A stretch of DNA of 64,000 nucleotides, taken from positions 3,348,001-3,412,000 of the forward strand of contig JAQFVV010000009.1 of assembly GCA_028023455.1 (NCBI GenBank), read 5' to 3'. The notes under the pieces were generated by a model. It had not been told where the DNA came from. It saw nothing but the letters and a program-made list of their open reading frames with translations, and searched no databases. Source of the stretch: Epiperipatus broadwayi (Eukaryota; Animalia; Onychophora). The number at the start of each line of letters is the position of its first letter. The stretch's first letter is position 1. Below are positions 13,950 to 26,508 of the stretch, in pieces. The translations under genes and the position numbers were made by a program.

Positions 13950-16200
13950 GATCATGTGACAAAGTTAGTTCAGTAAAATGCATATTTGCAATCATTTGCT
14001 TTTTCCTCATGTTTATATTCCTTTTGTTTGAAGGTCTATCCAAGTTTAATGCAGGCTTTTTAATCCAGGACTTTTCTTTTACACATCATTTTAGAAACAT
14101 TCTTATCCATTCACTTTAGATATGACAATCTCCTTAGCTCTAATTTAAGGCTTGATTATCTACCTATTGTAATTTCTTCAAGAAACACATCCAACCCAGT
14201 TCTATTTCAGACTTTTAATTTTCATAATGATTTCAGTAATTCTGTTTGTTCTCTTAGCTATGTGTTTCACTTTCAATCACTCCATATTATTTTCAATATA
14301 CTTTTTTCCATACTTTTCAGAATAGTCTGAAGTTTCTATTGTTTTCTGTTTAAAATTATACATAAGCACTGAGAACACTTTTATTAAAAACATTATTTTT
14401 CAAATATGTAGACATATTTCCTTTAAATTCAAAGTTATTTCTATCAAAAAAACTCCATCCAAGTTAATTTTATTATTAATTTTATCTATGTTTCATTGAT
14501 AAGCTGACCAAAGTGATCATTATTTTCATCTTTTTTGAAAAAACATTGAACATTACTTTAATCTTATTAACATGTATCTTTAATCCTTCCTCAAAGTCTA
14601 AAATATTATTTATAGAAAAAATCATCTTTAGAATCTAAATGATTTAAATAATCTCAAATTATTTTCATTCTTTTAACTTTCTATTTTAATACTAAAGCTG
14701 GTGCAAAAAGTTTTGAAGAAATAGAATCACTCTGTCATACTCAATTATCAAATTAACCTTCTCTAGTATCACAACTGATTAATATTATTACATTTTGATA
14801 AATATTATTTAGAATTCTATGTCTTGTTGTGTCAAATCATTAATTATCATCAAAGTGCTTTTATATATATATATATCCTTTCATAATTTATAAATTCCAC
14901 CTAACATGGCAATTTATACTTTTGATTCTTCAGTGACTTCTTTTAATATTTGGATATGATCCATTTTTTAAGGCAATTCGGTTTTTGGTTAATTAGATTC
15001 AAAAATAAATTGTAATGATCTCAGTAAAAAACTATATAAATTAAAAAATACTAATAAGTCTATTATATCTAATATCTTCTTTTTTCAAATATCAGTCAAA
15101 CTACTGCATTCTTCCAATCATTTAAATATGTCTATCATTCAGACACATGCTATAGAGCTTTGCAAATAATTCCTTTATTTGTTTTAAGATATTGATAATA
15201 AGTCCATTCTTTCAATTAATCTTTCAAATCAACATAGATTTAGTTGTACATTCATTTCTTCACTTAAAAAATTACAATTTTCAAAAAAATGTTGTAATCA
15301 TACAAGCAACTTTATTATTTATTTATTTTTTCATTATTACTATACAGTTGTTTTGTGAAACTCTTCTAAACATTTTATGATGTCATTTCAGATTTTAATA
15401 ATAGTGATAAATTTCTTTTTACTGGTGAAACAATTTTTCCTCGAATATCAAAATACTATATTATGTTTTTTAGTTTTGTTCTCTTCTAGTTTTTTTTTTG
15501 CCAGTTCACAATTACATTACCATATATCAATATTAAATCTTTTTCATACTATTTTACAAAATTCAAAACATTTGATTCTCGTAAATGAATTATTTTAAAT
15601 ATTTTAATATTACTTCCATTTTTTCTATTTCCATTAAAATTTTGAGAATTTCTGCTTTACTGTATTGGCTATTAATGCTTAGCAAAGTATCACTTATCTT
15701 CTTATTGAATTCATTCATATCTGATTTATTGTCAAAGTCTGTTAATATTTTAAAATGGTACATAATTTTATACACCTAATTGAAAATTAGGGGTATGAAT
15801 TATTAATACTATCTTCATTAATAACTTTTGTCTCTCTAACTTTTTCTTAATATATATCACATCTGACTAATTGATGTTCATTTCCTAAATTGAATTTATT
15901 AAATACATTATGTTCTTGAAATGCATATTTTCTATTAGACAAAACATACTCTTAACTCTTTTGCAACCTCATTTGTATACTTTTTTTGATAATTTCTTGT
16001 TTAGGACTTTTATCATAACAAGAATTCATAACAGATAGATTTTCTTTTTTTCACAAATTGCACAAGTTTATACATGTTTTTATTTCTGATTTCATATCAA
16101 CACTTTGGTTCTTTCTAGCATTAAAATTTTTCATGAAAATATTTAAATGTTCTTTTAATCTGGTCAAAAAGTCACCTATAAAAAATACTCTACTACTTCA
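13950..16200 (-). mobile_element. RTE-clade LINE, decayed RT region and 3' end
   Basis: The minus strand carries remnants of YRLISIF (NYRPISLL), the GVRQGDSISSKLF motif at about 14705-14745 and FGQLINE...KINLDG, with many stops. Confidence 0.65.
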
Positions 16201-17233
16201 TCAAAAAAAAAAAAAAAAGATTGCTGCTAATTGAAAGGAAATTTTTTTTTTTGTTTCCTCTTTGGGGCTTAAAGGAAATAAATAGAATGTGTCCACTCCA
16301 TACATTCTTATCATTATAGCTATTAATAATATAATTATTCATATGGTGAATGCATATGAATGGGATGCTTATTAGTATGCATTAACTAGTATGATTCTGA
16401 GTTTACTGCTTTCATCTCTGAATTTAAAATCAAAAACACCAGAATTTTTCTTCATGAAGTATCTGATAATTTTTAAATGAGACATAAATTGAATTTTTTT
16501 AAAAGCAGGATGAAAGGTAGGTTGACTATAAATATATTAAACAACCTCCACACTTCCATGTATTTTTTTCAAAATCATATAAATAAATATATAATAAAAG
16601 ACAAATGACCCCAAAGATGCATGTGAATGATCCTTCTCATTTACATTTACAACCATATCTATTGTAAAATCATTACTAATCAGTGACTGAGGGCAGTGAA
16701 TGCTACAAATTGATAGGTTTTGGGTCAATGTTGGAAACTTGATGATTTAGCTATGTAAAGCTGCACAGATGACTTTTAAATAAAGTAAGATAAATCACTA
16801 TCTAATATTAGATAGGACATTGTCAAACTTTATGAAGTCAAAAGAAAAGGTAAAGAGGCAATTTATTTGAAAAATGGATATAAATGCACAAAGAATGACA
16901 GGATTCATTATGAATAAAAAATTGGAGATTGATAGTATATTAAACAAAAAGATTAGTTATTCAAATGAATGGAACTTAGCAAATGCATATAATTCAGCTT
17001 TCTGCTCTAACAAATTTTAATTTTAATGAAGAAAAAGGATTTTCATGTATAATGGTATTTATATTAATTTTACAGTATGTGCATATTTTGTAAATGTAAA
17101 ATAAAAAAATGTAATTAATAGAAGTCATTTCTTAGTAATAAACATAGCAGAAATGAATAAAGAAACATTTAAGATCTATAGTTTAATTGATAAGTGTCAA
17201 ATGGGCTGCCCTCACAACTTTTGAAACAAATCA

Positions 17234-17727
17234 CTTAATGAAAGTATATTAATAATTTTTATTAGTCATTCATTAGACTAGAAATTATCCAATAATGAAT
17301 AATATTTCTATAGTTTAATTTTCAATACATCACTCTCAAGCAAGATAAAGACTGTTTTCTATCTATTTTTAACACCCTGTTAAGGGATGTAATCATAAAA
17401 GTATGACCAAAGATATGTTAAAAAGACCTATAAATCCCAAGATGCACATTTTATGCTCAACCAGCATTCATCAATTGGCCCAGCCCACCATCTCTTACAC
17501 ATATTTTTATCTTTGTTTAGTATATAGGAAATTACTACAGTTCAATTGACTTTGATCATATGTTTATGATTACATCCCTCACAAGTGTTAAAAGTGGATA
17601 GAAACCAGTTTTTTCTTTGCGTGAGAATAGTGTAGTGAAAATTAGACTACAAAACTGTTATTAATTATTGGATAATCTCTAGTCTAACGAATGACTAATA
17701 AAATTTATTAATATATTTTCATTTAAG
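17234..17727. mobile_element. Non-autonomous foldback element / MITE with about 180-bp terminal inverted repeats
   Basis: 17234-17412 aligns by eye with the reverse complement of 17550-17727 (for example taagggatgtaatcataaa / tttatgattacatccct). The spacer is about 137 bp and there is no ORF. Confidence 0.8.
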
Positions 17728-18048
17728 ATCTATGGTGCTAATAAGTAATCTACTTAAACATTAAAATGAATAAATTTAGAACAGGCAAAACTCTCTGTAC
17801 GTATTGCCACGTGATCATGTGATGTTTATTGGCTTAAAATAAATTTAGAAGTTGCACTTAATTTTTTAAATAATTAATAGAAATTAAGACCGAATAATAT
17901 TTAAATCTATTTTTAAAATGTTACATTAACAACATCAATTTTATAGCAAAGTATATTATTTTTATTGTATTAAATTAAAATAGAAAAATTTAATATAAAT
18001 GAATATTAAGAAACTAAATTTGCAGCTTAATATTCATTAAAACTAGCT

Positions 18049-18143
18049 GAGAGGTCAGCGCAGTCGCCTTGCAAGCAAGTGGTTGGTTGCAGACCATTGT
18101 GGGTTCGCCTCCCGATCGATGCTATGACATATGAAAAAAAAAA
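18049..18143 (+). mobile_element. tRNA-Gly-derived simple SINE (5'-clipped copy)
   Basis: gagaggtcagc...gccttgcaagc...gggttcgcctcccgatcgatgctatgacatatg followed by a poly(A) run. Homologous to 18175-18276 and 61783-61827. The B-box-like GGTTCG is present. Confidence 0.75.
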
Positions 18144-18174
18144 TTGAACTAATGAAATCTTAGAATGATTTTAG

Positions 18175-18276
18175 TTTTTTTTTTTTTCATGTGTCATAGC
18201 ATCAGCCGGGAAGCGAACCCGCTAACCCAGGACAATTGCTTGAAAGCAGCTGTCGCTGACCTCTCGACCACCAATG
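18175..18276 (-). mobile_element. tRNA-Gly-derived simple SINE (near full length)
   Basis: Minus strand reads CATTGGTGGTCGAGAGGTCAGCGACAGCTGCTTTCAAGCAATTG...CGGGTTCGCTTCCCGGCTGATGCTATGACACATG(A)n, which tracks tRNA-Gly(TCC) (GCTGCCTTCCAAGCAGTTG...CGGGTTCGATTCCCGGCC). The anticodon loop is defective at 6 nt. aaaactaaa direct repeats flank it as a probable TSD. Confidence 0.8.
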
Positions 18277-20526
18277 AGTTTAGTTTTGAGAACATTTTAG
18301 GTATAATTTCTTTTCTTGCTATGAAAATTCATTAAATGATATAGATAGTTCATTAGTTTGCTTACAATGGAATCATTACTGCCATACATAAGAAAATATT
18401 TTCAGAACTTTTTTCAAATATTTCACTGGGATCAGAAATATTATTTTTCTTTTATTTTTTAGCAATGCTATTATCAAATTATACTATCCTGTGAAGAACT
18501 CTATGCAAAGTCAACTGTATGTTTTCCTGAAAAATTGATGTTTTATTTTAGAAATGTCTTTTTCTACTATAACAACACCATAAATAAATACTTATTCTAA
18601 ATAAAATAACTTTCTTTTTTCAACATCTAAAGTAGAAGCATTAATTTATTTTATTTATTCTATCTCAGAGCTATCTATTAATTAAACTTGAATAATCAAT
18701 AGGTAATTAGCCTGTATGACCTATGTCCATTTCTACAAATTACTTTAGCTATTAATATACAGATTCGATTTAGAATGAATTAGTATCCCTAGTGTAGAAA
18801 GACAATTATTTACTTCTGTATTAGTAGAAAATTTCTGATCTAGAATGCTATTATTGCTATTTTTATCTTATCAGTATTAAGTTATTCATCATCAATAGTG
18901 ATATAAACCAGTATGGCCATTATTTATCTAAAAAAACAACAGTAAACAAATGGTTCAAAAAGGTGGTTTGCAATAAGTATACAAATCAATTCCCAAAGCA
19001 TAAACATACCCACACATCACATAGTGATCCTTTAGTATATTATCTAATGTCTGGCAATATTGTTTTTAATTTCTTTTGCAGCAAACTTTTGTTGCTTAAT
19101 ATATCTTTTTACAATATTCTACTTTTATATCTTCTCAAAACAACATTATATCTTTTTAGAATAGTTTTGAAATAGCATAAAATGGAATCTGCCTTTACAT
19201 AAAATCTATGCTCAAATCTAATGTAATTGATAAACATAAACATAAAATCTAATATAATTTGAAAAAAAAATTACTCTTCATTTGCACCAGACAAAATTAT
19301 TTCATTCAGAAGACAAAACTTATCAATTATTTTCATGATCTTAAGATGATAATTTCAGAATAACAGAGCTTTAAATTAATTTTTTCAGTGACATTTTATA
19401 TTACCTTAATAATGGTTCAACTATAATTTACTTAAAGTGAAACAATTTTTCTTTGGACTTGCTAAATTTAAAAGCAGCAGAACATTGAATTCTATGCTGC
19501 ATCTCAAAACTCAAGTTTGCCTTTCTATCAAAAGCTATTAAAATATTTAAACCAATTTACATTTTCAAACTGATAGCCATCCAAATCAAAAATTGCTTAT
19601 GTTTTTTTTTTTCATCACTAGTTGATAACACAATTGAATTTTTTGGGAAGATTAATTACTAAACTAGTCTTTACAGGTTAAATTAAAAGCAGTAAGAACA
19701 TTCTATAGATCTTTAGACAAAACAAGAATAGTAAAATCACTAGCATATTATATCAAGAAGCTAAAAAATGAAATTCTTATTTTTTTCTTTAAATAAGTTT
19801 AAATTAAAAAATTTATATTAAATCCATATTACATCTTCATGCCTGTTTTGTGAAGCCATCTATAAAAGCCATATCAAGTACATATCCTAACCTAACATAA
19901 AATTTCATTTAATATGCTTTAGATTTTGTTCAGACACTAATAACATTTTCTCTTATAGTTATCATATGTCTGTTGCACAATACAATACATTTTTATGAAG
20001 CAGTTTGCATTTTCAATTAAATTTCTTGACCAAATTGATAAAATCAATAAATCACATCTTTGACTGATAACAAAATCCTATTTATAATACTTCTGGTTTT
20101 CTATATTTAGTCTTTGATAATCATTTTTCTGTGAATGGAACGAAAAAATTCAATGCTAAAGTAAATAATAATATTTCATGATAATTTTTATAAACAATTT
20201 TATCTCTTTTATTAAAAAACAATTGGAACAATAGTAGCATTATTAAAATGAAATGGAAAAACTTCATTGGTCCACATAGTTTAAAAAATTGCAATAATTT
20301 TAAAGTTAAAAAATTACTATCATATTTTAAATTTTCTCTAGATATTCCATCCAAATCTGCAGCTATTTTAATTTCATTAAGCTGGATATATTTGGAAAAT
20401 ATAATAAATGAGTCAATAGAATAAATATTTCATTAAAAGCAATCATTTTAATTCTTGTAATATTATTCAAAAGATGATCAAAATACTTCTCTTTGTCTTC
20501 CTGAAGGTTTGTGATGATGTTGTTCT

Positions 20527-20710
20527 AGTTGTATTTTTATATCGGACTATTTCCATCATCTAATAAATGTATTGAATGTCTTTAAAAAATTTAATGTTAT
20601 TTAAATATTCTAAATACATTCAACTGTTAGTAATAGCATATAAAACAGGTTAGTATATGCACAATATTTCAGGAGGTATTAGTCTCCCCTCTTCTTCAGG
20701 TGTTGCTGAT
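20527..20710 (-). mobile_element. Headless inverted copy of the hammerhead-plus-tail module of the SINE at 20794-21078
   Basis: Reverse complement aligns over about 185 bp with 20894-21078 and ends at the same 3' terminus (...aaaaatacaact). Confidence 0.8.
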
Positions 20711-20793
20711 TAACTTTCCTCTTAGGAAAAAGTGGAGAAATCAGAAGGAACCTCATAAATAAGTATATGAAATTATTATAGACTGTTGCCTTT

Positions 20794-21078
20794 GGCAGGA
20801 TGGTTCAATTGGTTAGAGTGTTAACTTAAAATTCAAAGCTTAAAAATCTAAGGACCCAGGTTCAAATCTCATGCTAGTACTGTCACTGGTCAGACCAGCA
20901 ACACCTGAAGAAAAGTGGAGACTAATACCTCTTGAAATGTTGTGCATATACTAACCTGTTTGATGTGCTATTACTAACAGTTGAATGTATTTGGAATATT
21001 TAAATAAAGTTAAATTTTTCTAAAGACATTCAATATATATATTGGATTATGGAAATAGTTCAATATAAAAATACAACT
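20794..21078 (+). mobile_element. tRNA-headed SINE carrying a Penelope-type minimal hammerhead motif and an AT-rich tail
   Basis: A box TGGTTCAATTGG (20801-20812) and B box GGTTCAAATCT (20859-20869); the head is most like tRNA-Leu(TAA) by recall. CTGAAGA at 20905-20911, stem II, then GAAA at 20934-20937. A second copy lies at about 55901-56249. Confidence 0.75.
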
Positions 21079-21499
21079 CTCTCTATCTGTTTGAAAGATT
21101 ATCATTATTATATAAAAAGTATTATCTATTCTTTTTACCCACAGAACTTTTTTTAAGACAGTTTAACATTAACAAAATATTATAAAGGAATTAGTAGAAT
21201 TCCAATCTTGAAATAGATTCACTAAATGGCATTATTAAGTCCTTCAATTTTGCCATTATATCCATAGATTTAAGAGACATTAGCTACTTGGTTCATGGGT
21301 TATATTTACCACACCAATGACTGTTAAATTCTATAGCAGATGAGTGCAATAATTGTGAGTTGACTAAAATCTGTTAATGAGATTCCAGTAATGATAGGAA
21401 AATTAAATCCAACTAGTTTTACAATTGTATTTAAAACAATTTTTTTTTTAAAACCTCATAATATACAGAAAAAAAAACTTGATTTGAAATAAGTTTTAG

Positions 21500-23050
21500 A
21501 TGGTGAAACTGTATTGAGTTATTGGCAAATCAATCTATATGAAATTTTTTTATAAATTTTCTGTGAGGCAATTTTTCTTCGAAAATCTGGTGAAGAAATA
21601 TGCAAAGAAGTAAATTTGAATGTAACAGTAATATTTTACACAGTAGCATTTAACTGAGTATTTAGAAGTTTAGTTTGGGCACTTTTATACAAATTGAATA
21701 ACAGTATTCACTGATAACATATGTTAGAGTTAATAAAGTTGTTTGTAAAGAACTTGCATACAATCTCAAGTAGTGTCAGCTAGCTTTCCAAGGAGATTAT
21801 TCCTGGAAAATATTTTAGATCAAACTTTAGATAGATGTAAAATAAATTAGGCTGTAATTTAAGATCACTACTAAGTAGCATAGAATAGCATTTGGTTCGG
21901 TCTATTGTTAAAAAAAGGTAATATATTCAAATTATTATGTTGTTTTCTGTTGTTTAGATGAGAAAATGCACATACTATCTTTGTTAGATTAGGAATAAGA
22001 AATCTTTGAAAAAGATTTCTAAACTTTTTATATTCTTATTAAGAGACTTTTTTTATTATTATTTCTGAACTGGACCACTTTTCTAAAGTCAAAGCAATGA
22101 CATCAAGATAGATTAATTTCATGCATTTGTATCTGGAATATCATTAATGAATATATTAAAAAAAAATAAGTAAGAGAACTAAATCTTGGAATAAACTGTT
22201 TTGTAAAATTTTGTATTTTTTATAATTACCATTTAATGTAACTTGAAATTTTCGATTGGAGAGCATTTTATCCAGTAAATGTATGGATTTTCTATATTTA
22301 AGAATTTTAAAAAGTTTTATAAGATTATTTTTCCAAACAGAATCATAAACTAAGATTAGTTCAATAAAATAATATTGGTTTTTAATTTATTTTGATAGCC
22401 TTTTTAAAAAATGTGTTATTAAAGATAAAACTTCTTTATAGCAGCTTCTTCATGACCTAATTAAGTGATGGTTTGAACCATTAACAAAATTCTTGTTAAA
22501 ATAATATTTTCAAAAGCTTACAGGGCATCCATAATAACGAAACGATAATTTGTTGAATGCTAGTTTTAGTATTATGCCAAATTTTTTTCAATAGTTTGTT
22601 GCTCAGTAATTTATCAGCCATGCTTTAGCTTTAAGTCCTATTTTTTTTTAAAAAAAAGAAGCATGCTATCTGTTCCTTGTTCTTTTCTAGGAGCAGAAAA
22701 TTCAAGGGAAAATTCAAGTTTACCACTACTTATTGGTTTTATTAGATTAATATTACTGGAATTCTAACAATCTTACTTTTTAAAAGTCTAATATAAAAGA
22801 TTGGAAACCTCATCAGCAGTAACAGTGATCAAGATTTTCAATTAAATTTTATAATTTTGCTTTAAAAATTTTTTTTGTAAGAACCATTCAATGATTTTAT
22901 AAGTGTGACAGCAATTTTTAGATAATTATTGCCAATAACTTTGGATCATATTTTACTGTTCCTATCAACACATCAATTATTATTTCCAAGAATAAGTCTT
23001 TTATTAGTAGTTGTAAATGTTGATAATTTTTCAAGGCTTCTTTCTCAGGA
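21500..23050 (-). mobile_element. Very decayed LINE RT fragment (clade uncertain)
   Basis: Minus-strand remnants resemble LD..KAFD (about 22510-22540), NF.P..L (about 22690) and LLGKLA.T.W (about 21780). The frames are badly broken. Confidence 0.3.
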
Positions 23051-23607
23051 ATATATATATAATTTTTAATTTAAACATTCTTCCTTTTATATACATTTAT
23101 GAATTTTAAAAGAAGAACAGGTAATAAACTTATTTGATTATCTATAGTTTGCAAACAGATTAAACCCAGCCTTAATGTTAAGAGATGATTTATGATACCT
23201 GTTCAAGTTTTAAAAAAAAAACACACAAAAAACCCATTACTTTAATTGATTGTTGCTTAAATAATGAAATTTTAAGGAGTGGGTGAGGCCTGCAGCTTTA
23301 GCAAGACACCTTTTTTAAAATAAAATATTCTAGCTAAGTGCAACTAGTCATCACAAATCTCCATTTCGTATAAAATAAAATGATAAAAAAAGATCATTAG
23401 ACAATTGTTGTTTTCAAAATGTTGGGTTGATAACTTACTGCTTGAATGTTTATACAATGGTTATCTATGATGATTTTATTGTCTTTTAAACTAGTAATTT
23501 TTTTCCAAAGCAGTGACTTTTTAAAAATACTATTGTCTGGTTCTGAGATTAGTTGCATTCAAATCTTTTTTTTTTTTTTAAAAAAAAATTACATTATTAC
23601 ATGGATT

Positions 23608-23745
23608 TTAACTGATTTATTCTCTTTTCACTCAAGTAGTACATTTAATTGCTTTTATAAAAGATATGTTTCAGCTTTAATTGATTTATTATCTTTTCAC
23701 TCAAGTAGTACTTCAATTGTTTTTATAGGTGATGTATTTTAGCTT
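23608..23745. repeat. Tandem duplication, about 69-bp unit x2
   Basis: tgatttatt.tcttttcactcaagtagtac.t..aattg.ttttata occurs twice in tandem. Confidence 0.85.
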
Positions 23746-25816
23746 TTATTATCTAAAGTTATCACAATAATAATCATCAAAACTCTTGTTTCCATTTGGC
23801 TTAAATTTTTAAAAATAAAATTTGATTTGCTCTGGTACTCGTTGTAAGTTAGAAGGCGTTAGAATCTATTGATTACTATAGCTTATAAATTTGCTACTGT
23901 TTTAACAGTTTGTGTAAGCATAAAAAATGTTTGTCATGTGATGTTTTAAAATGGTTTAATACCAATCCGAACCAAAGGATAATGGTAACTATGTTTAGTA
24001 AAAAAAAAAACAAAGACATCAAAATATATAAATATTGATCTGGATTCAGTTCTGTATGATTACACAAGCTAATTAGCTTGGATTAAAAACATTACTGTGT
24101 TTTAATTTGAAGTGATAGTTTTAAGGTTAACCAAAAAGATAAAATAATGGATGCTGAAGAGATACATTAAAATCCAGATGAACTATTCCCAGATCCAAGG
24201 CTTCTCACTGATGAAAACCATAAGCTAGAAATTAATCTGGAGGTATTGGATGAAAAGGCACTGGATAGTGATTAAAACACACAACATTCTAGCATGAATT
24301 GATTACTATAACTTCCACTAGATAACACTATTGTGCGGATACATTTACTACTGTTTTAAATTGAAGTAGCTGAGTAAACTGAAGTTTCTAGGCTTTTGGT
24401 GACTATCCTGAAATCAAGAGTAATATTTTACCCAAATTGTAAATTGTGAAGAAATTGGGTGACTGTTATTTCTATGATGTAATACAAAGTGAATTTTGCT
24501 CCTTCCAAAGTTACTCATTTTTAATGAATCAAATCATAAATCTTAATCATTATAGTGTTTTTTAAAACTCGATTATTTAATTTCCATTTTAATCAGAACC
24601 ATATTTTCTTTAACAAATTAAGTTATTAAACACATACCATTTTCTATTTTATCTTTACAAGATCTACATCTTTCATTTCACTCAAATTACACATCTAGTT
24701 CTAATTTCTATTAGGTTCTTACCTTGAGTACTTTTTTTAAAGTTTAAAAATAGGTATCATCTATCTGAAATTTGTTTTTAGAAAGTGCAAAGATTGGAAG
24801 ACAGATAAGTAAAAAGCAGATCTATGACAAATGGTGTTGGTTGTCTGCAAATGTTTTTAGATGTTATTGTTAAAGCTATTAATAGAAAATGAACATAGGA
24901 ACAACTTGTATTGTTCTAGAATTACAAATACAATTAGAGTTAGAGATATCCTTAGAATGACATAAATTACATCTTCCATGTTATATTAATATCTAATATT
25001 AGAGATCAACATTTATTTAAGGTAGATAACATCTGTAGAAATTAAAGTTATACAATTTGCAATTGTTTGATAATGTTAAGAGTAATAATCATAAATATAT
25101 CTAAAAAAGAATATGAACTTTAACGTTATCTAATAAACATTAACTGAATGATTGGATTAATAAAACATAATAGTAATGTGCTAATTTTAAAACTAAATGC
25201 ATGAAAAATATTTCTTCTATATTACAAACTACTTATTTACATGAATTCTATTTTAATAACAAATTCCAATTCCATATAATTTAAAATATAAGTTGATTAA
25301 AAAAAAGTTAACCATTAAATAATTTGAAATTTCCCTGTCAAAATTTACAGGTGAATAAATTATCAAGTATTAGTATTAATCCAAGTATCCAAAAATGCAT
25401 AATATTGATAAAAAAGCTTAATAATTAATGATATGAATAAAACTATAAAGACAATATTGTAGCTATCTATTTTAAATCTTGTGGAAGAAAATGAATCTTC
25501 ACATATGCTCTATCAAATACATATATTTAATTTACATGAACTCATCCATCAAGCTTATGCTTATTTAAACCAACACCTACTGATCATGCTTAAATCAGGA
25601 CTTAATATTATTATGAGCTTGATATTTCAATTGAAAATTGAATTTATATATAGCAAGAAAGAGAAAGTTTCTCATTTTAAACTATCTATATGACTTAGAA
25701 TTATATTAGTCTAAATACATGTAAATAAATACATCAGCTTCCATAATTAATATTTAAACATTTTCATCATTGGAAATTATTATTATTTAGTAATGATTTA
25801 AAAAAAAAAAATTTAC

Positions 25817-26110
25817 CTTTCCGGCAGATATAATCTCCAGGAGAAAAAAGCACAGGTCGTAACCTTAGAACAAGTTCACATAAAAACCCTGCCTCAGTGT
25901 TTTGGAAGATTTCAACACGTTTAAGTGTATCTAAATGTACGTGAATCGCAATTTCAGCCTTCAGTTTGTCTGGCAAACAGCTGACAACCTTTTCTTCGTC
26001 TGATGATTTTTTGGTCATCCAGAGATAATCAAACCATTTAATCACTTTAGCTTGTAAGTGGTCAGGCACACGGCGAAGATTCATAAAAGTTTTGACACCA
26101 TCTAATTTGG
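25817..26110 (-). CDS. Internal exon of a cyclic nucleotide-gated cation channel alpha subunit (C-linker and start of CNBD); by recall most like the Drosophila CG42260-type CNG subunit
   Basis: Encodes (A)[30 protein letters not shown]...[53 protein letters not shown](G). The acceptor is a pyrimidine tract ending ttttag and the donor is AAAG|gtaaat. 294 nt, phase 1 at both ends. Confidence 0.95.
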
Positions 26111-26382
26111 CTAAAAAACAAACAAACAAACAAAAAAAAACATTTAATTATATTATATTTATACTTGTAGTGGAAATAAATAGTTATATATATAAAAAAA
26201 AAAACTACTGGCAAGATTAATTCATTAATTTCTTTAGTGAGATAAACTCATTAAAATTCATTATAAATATGGGAACACAATAATTATAAAAACATTTGAG
26301 AATAACTTTTGCTCAACTGATTGTGAAAAGAAATGAAAGAATGTGGTATTGTGCCAATGTAATCACACAATGTCATATATTT

Positions 26383-26419
26383 ATCATCACCATCGTCGTC
26401 GTCATCATCATCATCATCA

Positions 26420-26451
<32 letters not shown>

Positions 26452-26456
26452 ATAAC

Positions 26457-26508
<52 letters not shown>
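26383..26508. repeat. Compound trinucleotide microsatellite (CAT/CGT)n(ACT)n(AAT)n
   Basis: Seen directly; accounts for the spurious ORF 26296..26532. Confidence 0.95.

Noticed and set aside
18175-18276. TCA in the anticodon-like loop suggesting tRNA-Sec or an opal suppressor
   Set aside because: The loop is 6 nt and best explained as a decayed tRNA-Gly(TCC) loop; the element has a poly(A) tail and TSD, and its sister copy differs at this position.
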